From Macrostomum lignano (taxonomy: Eukaryota), in NCBI GenBank assembly GCA_002269645.1, contig NIVC01002086.1, forward strand, positions 62,001 through 126,000: a DNA stretch of 64,000 bases, read 5' to 3'. A program made the translations under genes and the position numbers. Below, piece by piece: positions 38,506-49,400 of the stretch. The notes beneath the pieces are model-generated. The model had not been told where the DNA came from and did not search any database. It saw only the letters and a program-made list of their open reading frames with translations. The first letter of the stretch is position 1. Each line of letters starts with the position of its first letter.

Positions 38506-39869
38506 GCGAGTCGGTCATTTCCCACACTGTTGGCCAAATGGACACGCCGGCAGCTCTGGACTTAACAAAGCGAAGTGGCGTGCGACCAAAGCAGACGGTC
38601 ATGCAGAGCGAGGGCTCCTCAATCGGTCCTGATTCCGCCCCACCTGAGTCCGTTGAGTTTAATGCCTAATGGCCGCTAGTTATAATAATTATTGTGACAG
38701 GGTCAGTGTGTAGATGATCAGTCGGCACTTCGATTCAGCCAAGCGGATCGCAGCCTCCGCTCAGTAATGGGATGATTATGATGAAGCTGAGGCAAGGAGA
38801 TCTTTAACAACAATTTGGCTTATCAACTAGTGTTCAGGCACAATGAAACCCGTTCTTGTTTTTGAGCCTGAAACTGTAAGAGAGAATAAAATTCTAAACT
38901 ATGGTGGATGGCAATTCGCATTTCACAACTTTCGCAACACCACAACAACAACTGGACTTCCATGCGAAATTCTTATCCCCAAATTTGGGGATTTACGAAA
39001 TTTTGGGATTTGAAAAATTTGGGGATTTTGAAATTTGGAGTTTATTAATTTGAAGGAGTTGTGGAATTCGGGGGTTTATGAAACTTTTGAGATTTGTGAA
39101 ATTTTGGGATTTTGTGAAATTTGGGGATTTGTGAAATTAGGGGATTTGTGAAATTAGGGGATTTGTAAAATTTAGGCACTCCAGATCCCAGGTTCGAACT
39201 GAAGTCTCCTTGGCTTGGATTGCGCGAAATCTTTCGCGAATCCTGAGCAGTCGGTGGACATTGCTGCGGGGGGTCCTGGCCCTCCTCGGGTCTCTAGAAT
39301 CCCCCACCCACCCACCACCCTTCTCGCCCCGCCTTCACAAAGCTTCCCCTGCCAGTCTTTGTTGCTCACTTTCTTCTAAACGAGGCTAATTTTCGATTAG
39401 AAGAGGAGGCACGAAAAGGGAAAGCGGCATGCGAATGAGAAGAGAATTCGAGTGAGTGGAAGAGATCGCAGGGTTCTAACATCCGTTACGGACTTAACAA
39501 GGATCTTATTGAAATAGGGGTTAGTCTTCACTTTGCAATTTGGTGACCGCATCGCAACCAGACTGCTTTATATACATCTACTGCATATAGCTATACTCGC
39601 AACCCAGAGTTGGCAACTCAAGTCGAGCGTGTAGTTTTTAATTCGGCTTTTTAAATTGTTTAATATTAACAGAGCGCTTTTCATGGCACAGTGAAGTAGA
39701 GACTTATGTAACTGAATAGGGAGAGTTCAAAGGTGACTCTATCAAAATATTAATTGTTTATATCAGAACTTACTTTTCAACTCTAGGATTTAAAAAATTA
39801 ATTTTAATTGCTTTCATACAAACTACCACTGCTCCTTTGGAATAACTTTCTCAGCTTTCTTCTTGTCTA

Positions 39870-40515
39870 TGAGAATCGCCTCGGATTCCCAATGAGAATC
39901 ACCTCAAAATCCCAATGAGAATCACCTCAAATTCCCCATGAGAATCACCTCGGATTCCCCATGAGAATCGCCTCGGATTCCCCATGAGAATCGCCTCGGA
40001 TTCCCCATGAGAATCGCTTTGGATTCCCCATGAGAATCACCTCTAATTCTCCATGAGAATCGCCTCGAATTCCCCCTTGACAATTGCCTCGAATTCCCCA
40101 TGAGAATTGCCTTGAATTCCCCATGAGAATCGCTTTGAATTCCCCATGAAAATCGTTTTGAATTCCCCATGAGAATCGCTTTGAATTCCCCATGAGAATC
40201 GCCTCAAACTCCTATTGAGAATCGCCTCGAATTCTTCATGAGAATCGCCTCAAATTCCCCATTGATAATCGCCTAAAATTCATCATGACAATAGCCTCGG
40301 ATTCCATGAGAATCGCCTATAATTCCCCATTGAGAATCGCTTATAATTCCCCATTGAGAATCGCCTATAATTCCCCATTGAGAATCGCCTATAATTCCCC
40401 ATTGAGAATCGCCTATAATTCCCCATTGAGAATCGCCTATAATTCCCCATTGAGAATCGCATATAATTCCCCATTGAGAATCGCCTATAATTCCCCATTG
40501 AGAATCGCTTTGAAT
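39870..40515 (+). repeat. 20-22-bp minisatellites (tgagaatcgcctcggattcccca, then gagaatcgcctataattccccatt)
   Basis: Direct reading. Confidence 0.92.
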
Positions 40516-42109
40516 TCTCGATACCACGAGCTCGTCTAGAATTACCAGCATTAATCGCATGCCTTTCCTCTCACCCAATCCTCAATCCTGCTAGCCTATA
40601 TAATTTCTATTCTCAAGCGGTTTATAGCTCGTAATAACGCTTTAGTCCATCAGTGCCTCTGGCTATAAATTGAAGACTGAAGATAAGCGACAGTGATTAT
40701 ATAAGACAAGCTATGTAGATTTAATGGACTGCACAGTTAATATTATTGCAATCTTTGTCTATTATAAGATATAGCTTAATTCTCTGAGACAAAGTTGCGA
40801 TTGGGATCAAACACGTCTATTCCAGTTTTGTGAGCTCAAATTCTGCAACAGACGCCCCTGAAAGGGCTGAAGCAGGCAGGTGCTGGGACTGCAGGGCTAT
40901 AGGGCTGCTGTTTTCAAGTTTCTTTGAACTGGCGTAATGCCTCATCTATTACAGGCTCATCACCCCGAGCTTGGACATGACACCCTCACGGGCCACCGGT
41001 TGATCCTGCAACATCCTGGTCCCCCGTGAGCCCCGCTAATTATAGCGCTAAGGGGGCGGGCTCGGGGGTGGGATTTTGGGGGGTCAGTGGCTCCTTCAGC
41101 AGCTTCTCCCGAGCCAACTGTTCGATAAATTCACCGAATTCGCGAATATCTCTACAATCCCTAGGGAAGAACACTTTCCCTGCAGCGTTTCCAGTTTTTG
41201 AGTAGGATATGATGGCTGGTCCCAGAGCTGCCCCCCTTCCCCTGTCATTGTCTCCCATCGAGGCCTGCCCCCCCCCCTGCAGCAGAAGACAACTTTTCTA
41301 TCTTTTTATCTGAAAGAAATTAAAAAACACGGCCCCAGACAGGCAGGCAGGTGTGCCAGGTGCCGTCTCATGCAACCTCTTTTTGCTTCAATTTTCCAAC
41401 TCGTCTAGTTCCTCAATTATTCGACTCCATTATAGTTAGATCTAGAATTCAGATCCCACTCAGTCGTCATCCGTCATAGTTCACTGAGCACACAGTTATC
41501 CCAATGGCTATAGCCCGGGCTGTTTTTTCCCCAGTTCTCCGCAAGATCCTGTTTGCAAACAAAGATTATATATTTTTTAAGATGTCGACTGCCGTATCAG
41601 TGCTGTGTGACAACATTCAAGGGTCTTGTTGAACTCCGAACTTGCAAAAGTCTTTGTAATCTCATTTTGCTCTCTTTCTCTCCATTTCACTTCATCAATC
41701 TTGGAGGTTGACCCTGAGGGGGTTAAACCTTCTTTATCGACAAGTCTCTACAGTATCCGTAGAGTGGCCTATTTTGTAAACACTTTAATATCTTTACTCA
41801 TATCTGTAAAGTTTGTATCCTAGCCAGAAGTGAAAGTGTCACAGCTTAAAGCCACGAGGCTTTTTTGATGCAGCTGCTCATCTTAGCGTCGTCAGACTCC
41901 GCTTGCTTGCTCAGATTCTTATTCATAACTAATAGACAGTGCTTGCGGTGGGCAAGACGGGAGCAGGTGATTTTTTTAAATATATAAAGCCACCGATTAT
42001 GCGGATTTGTTTGATTGATGAAGCAGTTTACGTGTTAAGTATAGCTCTAAGTAGCTTCAATTAGAGCTACATCTATACTCAATAAAGTCTCACAAAATTG
42101 TGATACAGA

Positions 42110-42800
42110 AGACAGGGAAGTGATGGACTGGACAGGAATAGAGAGGACAGGGAAAGTGATGGACTGGACAGGGATAGAGAGGACAAGGAAAGTGATGGAC
42201 TGGACAAGAATAGAGAGGACAAGGAAAGTGATGGACTGGACAAGAATAGAGAGGACAAGGAAAGTGATGGACTGGACAAGAATAGAGAGGACAAGGAAAG
42301 TGATGGACTGGACAAGAATAGAGAGGACAAGGAAAGTGATGGACTGGACAAGAATAGAGAGGACAGGGAAGTGATGGACTGGACAAGAATAGAGAGGACA
42401 GGGAAGTGATGGACTGGACAAGAATAGAGAGGACAGGGAAGTGATGGACTGGACAGGAATAGAGAGGACAGGGAATTGATGGACTGGACAGGAATAGAGA
42501 GGACAGGGAAAGTGATGGACTGGACAGGAATAGAGAGGACAGGGAAAGTGATGGACTGGACAGGAATAGAGAGGACAGGAAAAGTGATGGACTGGACAGG
42601 AATAGAGAGGACAGGAAAAGTGATAACTGGACAGGAATAGAGAGGACAGGGAAAGTGATGGACTGGACAGGAATAGAGAGGACAGGGAAAGTGATGGACT
42701 GGACAGGAATAGAGAGGACAGGGAAAGTGATGGACTGGACAGGAATAGAGGACAGGGAAAGTGATGGACTGGACAGGAATAGAGAGGACAGGGAAAGTGA
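42110..42800 (+). repeat. 35-36-bp minisatellite (gtgatggactggacaagaatagagaggacaaggaaa)
   Basis: Direct reading, about 19 units. Confidence 0.95.
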
Positions 42801-43419
42801 TGGAGGCTGGGGGGTTCGAATAGCGGGAAAGATAAGTCAGGGAGGTGAGATAGATGGAGAAGGTTTGTACAAGCCTATCACTTGTGTTCAATTGCTCAAG
42901 GCAATTAGAACTCACAAGTTATAAATTAATCATTAATAACCGTGCGGGATTTACATACACTGCTCAGAAGATCTTGCAGACAATGCAGAATAAGGCTCGG
43001 GTGAGATTCGGGTGTTTTATTTACTCAAATCTCTCCGCCATCCTTATTAAAAACCTGTCGCAGGATCTTATAGTCTTTGTTTGCTGCCTGGCCTCTCAAA
43101 CTGCAGAGCTTATATTTAGGTCTTTGTTTTAATGGCGATATTTAGAAATTTCCCCGTAATTCGCCCCGTAGGCCTCAATTCTGGTGCGGCCGATTTCGGT
43201 GTCGGGTTTCTAATTCTCTTTATAGCCGCGCCCGCCATGCGTTATGGGGTGCGAGCGATGGAGGAACAGCGGATGAAGCTGTTGGAGCAGTGAGTATTCG
43301 GACTGCGAAGTTGGTCCCGTTTTAGAAAGGAATTTTAGAATAGTACGAGGATCTAAGGATATTTGAGGATATGGCAGAGTATGAGATCATATCGTTGATA
43401 TGGACAGATCTAAGGAATA

Positions 43420-43630
43420 TGGGGAATCTTTCTGTGATATGGGGAATCGCTCTGACATATGGGGAATCTCTCTGAGATTGGGGAATCTCTCTGTGATATG
43501 GGGGATCTCTCTGGGATATGGGGAATCTATCTGGGATATGGGGAATCTCTCTGGGATATGGGGAATCTTTCTGGGATATGGGGAATCTCTCTGGGATATG
43601 GGGAATCTCTCTGTTATATGGGGGATGTCT
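43420..43630 (+). repeat. 20-bp minisatellite (gatatggggaatctctctgg)
   Basis: Direct reading. Confidence 0.88.
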
Positions 43631-44149
43631 CTGTGTTTTAAGGGATCTATATTTACAATAGTTCTAAAGGGAATTCTAAAAGAGATCTATAGACAATATC
43701 ACCTGTCAGGATAAAGGGAAACTTTCTGGGATATGGGGAATCTGAAATGGGGTTTGTGTAAACTCTATGGGATTTTTTGAGTTTTTAAGGAACTCATTTG
43801 GCAGTCTAGAGAGCTATGGGAATAAATCAACTGGCATGATGTGAGGCGACTGTAAGAGGCTGATCTACATCTAATTAAGAGGCTGGTAATAATTTAAGGA
43901 TGCTTGACCTGAGCATAATTATTGTATGTGTATAACCCTATACGCGCAACTCATGACACGACACACTATATTAGTATGTATAATTGCAGGGTAGTCTGCG
44001 CTTTTCAAGTTGCGCAATTTTCTATCAGCACTCGTGTAGTATATACGTGTATAGCGTGTCATTATATGATTGGCGGTGTTAGGGATATAGGCCATAGACT
44101 ATATCGTCCCGTTGTTAAAAGCAGGGCTTAGTCTAACGTTACCCGATAC

Positions 44150-44450
44150 TGTGATAGTGATAGTGAGAGACAGACACGGGGATGAAGGCTGTGATAGTGA
44201 GAGACAGACACGGGGATAAAGGCTGTGACAGTGAGAGACAGACACGGGGATAAAGGCTGTGATAGTGAGAGACAGACACGGGGATGAAGGCTGTGATAGT
44301 GAGAGACAGACACGGGGATGAAGGCTGTGATAGTGAGAGACAGACACGGGGATGAAGGCTGTGATAGTGAGAGACAGACAGGGGATGAAGGCTGTGATAG
44401 TGAGAGACAGACAGGGAGGGGATAAAGGCTGTGACAGTGAGAGACAGACA
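44150..44450 (+). repeat. 34-bp minisatellite (gtgatagtgagagacagacacggggatgaaggct)
   Basis: Direct reading, about 9 units. Confidence 0.92.
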
Positions 44451-44959
44451 GGTACAGTATGAAGTAAATAAAACATTAACAAGCCGCCGCAGAAAGAATA
44501 AGACTATAGTTAGTGATGTTGCGTGTCAAACATCAGAACCCAGCCGTGGATAAAATAATACGTAATGGTGGGTCGGACGGCAAACACGCGTGTTGATTGT
44601 TTCTGAAATTCGCGTCTATATACAAAACTAAGAAAAGCGGCCTCTTTATATGAAAATTGCTGTATTATAAATTGGTATTATTTAGTTGCCAAGTTTCAAA
44701 CATCTGAGCTGCTGTTCTCGAGTTTAAAACCTGCATGCCCTCAACTCTTGGTATATACAATTGAACTGTAGTAAATGAATGAGTTTAGTAAGTTCGCGTG
44801 CGGTGTAAATTTGAGATTTAAAAGAATTATAACAAATAGTTCTAAGCAGGTGGCCGCCTGCAGAAAAGAATTGCTAATTGATTGGTTTCTGCTTATGCAA
44901 TTATACGAGGGGGGGGGGGGGGCATCATAAACCCAAAATATCATGACTCCGAAAGTGTA

Positions 44960-45292
44960 GGGTCCGTAGGGTCCTGTAATTTCAGCGGGCGGGTCCTGCA
45001 CTGAAGGCTCATAGGGTCCTGTAGTTTCAGCGGGCAGGTCCTGCACTGAAGGGTCATAGGGTCCTGTAGTTTCAGCGGGCGGGTCCTGTAGTTTCAGCGG
45101 GCGGGTCCTGTAGTTTCAGCGGGCGGGTCCTGTAGTTTCAGCGGGCGGGTCCTGTAGTTTCAGCGGGCGGGTCCTGTAGTTTCAGCGGGCGAGTCTTGCA
45201 CTGAAAGGTCATAGGGTCCTGTAGTTTCAGCGGGCGGGTCCTGCACTGAAGGGTCGTAGGGTCCTGTAGTTTCAGCGGGCGGGTCCTGCACT
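44960..45292 (+). repeat. 22/40-bp GC-rich minisatellite (gggtcctgtagtttcagcgggc)
   Basis: Direct reading. Confidence 0.9.
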
Positions 45293-45574
45293 GTATGACT
45301 TTTTGGGATTATACTTTTGGCTTAGGATTTTGAGAGCTGACATACAAAGAAATGTTGATTTAAAGTTTCCCACTAAAAATGTCTCCAACAGTTAGTGTTA
45401 GAGCTTCATCATCGCCCATCTTCCGCCTAGGATGCCTCATAGGAGAACAAAGACAGCCAAGCACAAAGGCTCAAATAAGAGTCATGAATTCCGTTGAGCC
45501 AGGGAGCGGGCCTGCACAGGTTGAGGCGGAGCTGCGCGGGGGTTTTGAGCAATGAGCTCAGACCGACTCGAACC

Positions 45575-45700
45575 CCCGAGCCAATAGCATCTGAGGGCGG
45601 CAGCCAATGGCATACCGACTGCTTCGATGGGAGAGCGGGGATCTTTGTTAAACCTGGGGATCAGAATTATATATACAAGACTGTAGCGGCAGTCGATATA
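45575..45700 (+). promoter_or_regulatory. Probable Pol II core promoter of the INSM-like gene (two CCAAT boxes and a TATA-like element)
   Basis: gccaatag at about 45580, gccaatgg at about 45603 and TATATATA at about 45668, roughly 50 nt before the ATG at 45722. Confidence 0.5.
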
Positions 45701-45721
45701 GAATGAGTTGCGGCCTACACC

Positions 45722-46480
45722 ATGGAGCTTTGCGGCGGTCACCGGCATCAGCTTCATCACCATCAGTACGCCTACGCATTTTATCACCCGTTTCTACAGC
45801 CAGCAGCCGCCTCTACTAGTAGCAGCAACGGCAACACGTTCAATTGGCATTGGCCGCTGTTGCCGCCGCCAACACAGCCGGCGCCGCTGTCCTTGCTTCC
45901 TCAGCCTCAGCCTCAGCCTCAGCCTCAGCCTCCCAGAGAACACCATCCGCAGTCCCCGTCAGGCAGCGATTCCGCCATAGCAGCCGCTGAGCTGGCCGAA
46001 ATTCGCCAGGCTCTCGCCAGAATCCCCAACCGTATCGGCGAGTTCGTCTGCCGGCTGTGCGAAGTTCGCTACGAGGACGCCGTGGCTCTGGCCGGACACA
46101 CCTGTCCGAGACTGCTGGCGGCCGAGCATCGCTGTCCGGAATGCGACAAAGCCTTCAGCTGTCCGGCCAACCTGGCCAGCCACCGGCGCTGGCACAGCAA
46201 GCCGAAGTCGCCGACAGCGGCAACACCGGCGGGCCAGCAGCGTCATCAGTCAGCATCCAGCACGTCGGCGAGCACCCCGCCAGCTGCGGTTCCTCGCGCC
46301 GGCGTCGCCTCCTTCGACATGGAGTCGCTGCTGCGCCATCGGAGCCAGGCGTCCGGCTTTGTCTGCGACGCCTGCTTTCGCGGCTTCAAGCGGAAGGTGA
46401 ACCTGAAGAAGCACCTGCCAGTGTGCGGAGCCAACAATGCCAGTCATAAGAGGCGTTCGCCTACTGTCAGTAGTAAATAA
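45722..46480 (+). CDS. INSM1: INSM1/IA-1/nerfin/egl-46-family zinc-finger transcription factor, intronless, 252 aa
   Basis: IGEFVCRLCEVRYEDAVALAGHTCPRLLAAEHRCPECDKAFSCPANLASHRRWHSKP matches the family hallmark GEFICQLC...HKC...YRCPECxKVFSCPANLASHRRWHKP. A third finger reads CDACFRGFKRKVNLKKHLPVC. Confidence 0.93.
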   Translation: MELCGGHRHQLHHHQYAYAFYHPFLQPAAASTSSSNGNTFNWHWPLLPPPTQPAPLSLLPQPQPQPQPQPPREHHPQSPSGSDSAIAAAELAEIRQALARIPNRIGEFVCRLCEVRYEDAVALAGHTCPRLLAAEHRCPECDKAFSCPANLASHRRWHSKPKSPTAATPAGQQRHQSASSTSASTPPAAVPRAGVASFDMESLLRHRSQASGFVCDACFRGFKRKVNLKKHLPVCGANNASHKRRSPTVSSK

Positions 46481-49400
46481 TTTATCGTGAATTATTGTTT
46501 TTTGTTGTTTTACTAAATCTGCATACATCCTAGTATATTTTTCTAAACATTTTTGTACAGACAGTTTTATTATCTTTTTCTCAGAACGCATTTCTCTTTT
46601 ACCGCTAAATGTATTAAGCTGTTAATAAAAGTTTACGTATAGTTTTGCGCTTGCTATTTTTTCTATTGCTTTATCTCTACTCTATGCTATGCTGCCAAAA
46701 AAGTTTGCGCGCACGGATAAGTATTTCATTTTGTAACTAAATGTTACAGCCATTAAAAACTATCACTCTTTTCAGTACACATTTTGTTCAATTTTGTACA
46801 TATTCGCGCTATATATGTTACTACTGTATCCTAAATAAGTAGTCTATCTAGTTAGTGCCGGTTACTTCTTAATGGATCTAAATTTACGCGCAACAACAGC
46901 TGCAATAAATTGAGTGGCCATTATGAAGTACTAGCGGTTGTAAATACCTTTACATTGATGTAAATTATGTTTTTAATAAGCTAATTTCTTTGTGCATTTT
47001 AACAGCTCCTTTTATTTGGTGAATTTGTTGAAAATGTAACTGTAAATACACGATGTACATGTAAATAGCATTTTTAGCTTCATGTTTCAAGCAAGCTGTA
47101 ATTTGATTTCTGTTCCATCTATTCTACGCGTATAATCAATGCTATTGAAGAGTAAGCAGTGGTGTAGGTTAGGGTTTGCTCATGTAGATTATGGGCTAAG
47201 CCCCTGGTGCTGACCCCACGGTGAGTTAGATTATTGAGAAGCATCCCGGCCGCACAACATTCCAACATAACGCGACTTGCATAAATTCATCCTCGACAGA
47301 AGCCTTTATGACAAATGGGTGTACTTTTACAGGTAATTTTACATATACATATACTTTGCGTCAAAGGATGCCGACGGATTTTAAATCGCTTAGCACTCTG
47401 CAAAGCCTCCCACAGATTGGAGATGGGAGATGTCATGGTCAGCCCCGAACTCAAAGCTGCATGGTATCAAGACATGTGCCGAGAATGTCTCTGCTGGGAA
47501 AAGAGAAACCGGAGATCCGCTGCCATTAGCAATCTAAGCAAGCTAATCCGCTGCCATAGCAATCCAAGCAAGCTAATCCGCTGCCATGCATAACTCGGGT
47601 TTAATTTTGACTATATAAGAAGGGGGGCTCTTGCTAACTAATTTCTATTAGCTGTCAATCTCGAAGTCTTAGCCGATAAAAAGAGACACTGCTGGAACGT
47701 GGCGAGTCTCCATAAACTAAACCGCTTGATGCACGTACGATCACACAATTGTTTTCTTTTGGCCTGAAATATGTCAATTCTTAAACTATCAAAGACAGAA
47801 TTAACTATCAAAGCCTTCAAGAGATTTCCTAGATTAACTCTTATTAAATGTAACTCATTAAGCCTTCGCCGTTTTTATAAATGGCCATTCCGGATGGAAT
47901 GATTTGCATGATTTCAAGAGGCATTTGGTCGACCGCCACTACTAGCTGAACAGAAAAAAAACTTCTCTCTATCGGATTTGGATTTCCTTTTAAATTCATA
48001 ATAAAAAACTCCCATTTTCACCATTTGATGGATTTCGACCTTTCGGCCCCCTTGTGGGGAAGCCTTCGGGCCTCAGGTCTCAGAAATAAATCAATTAGAG
48101 TCCTGGCCCCCACTCCTGTCAGATGGTCAGCCCCATGGTAGCTTGATCGTGTGGCGAGCAGTCTAGGTCCTACAGCTAAGAGAGGGACAGCGAGAGACAA
48201 GCAGGGAGAATTTTGAAGGTAGAAATTAGCTAATCCGCAGATTAGCTAACTCGCTGCCACCAGCACGTACGTCCTGGCTCACCACACCGGGACTCTCGAA
48301 ATCGGGCTTCCGACTAGAGGGGGCTTTACACTTACCTGCCAACTAGTGTCTTTTTGCTGTCAATCTCAAAGTCATAGCCGATGATAAGGGACATGCAGGT
48401 ACAGAGGGGACTTGTGCAGGGGATTCTAGCGGTGGCGAGACTATGGGGTAGCTACATGTACTATTACATTGCTAAATACGAAGAATTGTACTTTTGGCCT
48501 TCAACGCGCCAACCAGCCTCTCCTAGCGCTGATGATAGACTAACTCAAACATCAGAGACCGCATGATTCATTACCCGAGCCGCTTGGCGAATCTAGAGTG
48601 CACAGAAGTACATCTCTAGCGCCGATTTTGCACTTTTGGCAATTTCGCTAACTGATTTGATAAATAGGTCGACTGAGAACTGCCTTGCCATTGGTCCACT
48701 GTGACCGGCGCCTACTAGCTTAGCTACTCATCTGAGCCATCGGCGAACGATGAAATAAAACCGATAAAAATGACTGCCAGATTTAACCTTCTCACTGAAT
48801 CACTTCACACCTCAGATTGAATGTTGGAGTTTCAGACTACTAGCAGTATTATTGAATGACTTCTGCCTCGATTACAGCACTACTGAACAAAATGAGCAAA
48901 AGTGTGCGCCTAATCCAGCTACTGAAATAGGGACAGATAAGGAATCACCCAATCAAGCAAGTCTAGGCAGCCTCTCACCCAACCAATCAGAAACTCAACA
49001 GCCGGAGAGACCAGGTAATCCACAGTGACCGAATCGGCTTAGTGCTTCGCAGCTGTAGGCCCGGGATGATGCTGATGTCACAATCTTCGCTGATAGCTAG
49101 CAGGTGATGCTCTTCACTTTGATGTTCACGGCTGATGACCGGGGGATTCGTCCTTGATGATGATGGGGGGAAGTCGCAATCCGGGGATCAAGAAACGACG
49201 GTCAATTCCTGGCCGGTGGAGCCAAGGGTGCATGGCACCCGGTCGCAAGAAGGTTGCAGTCTGAGCGGGCTAAAAACACCGGTTTAAATAGCCGCCAACT
49301 GGACCGCAGTTTGTTATAATGGAACACGTCGATTCTGATTGGCTGAGCCGATTTGTTAAAATGAGCGTCGAATTTTCTGATTGGATGAGCTAGTTGCCTC

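Noticed and set aside
44926-45314. Imperfect inverted repeat around the 22/40-bp array, a possible MITE
   Set aside because: About 22 bp with several mismatches and no clear TSD.
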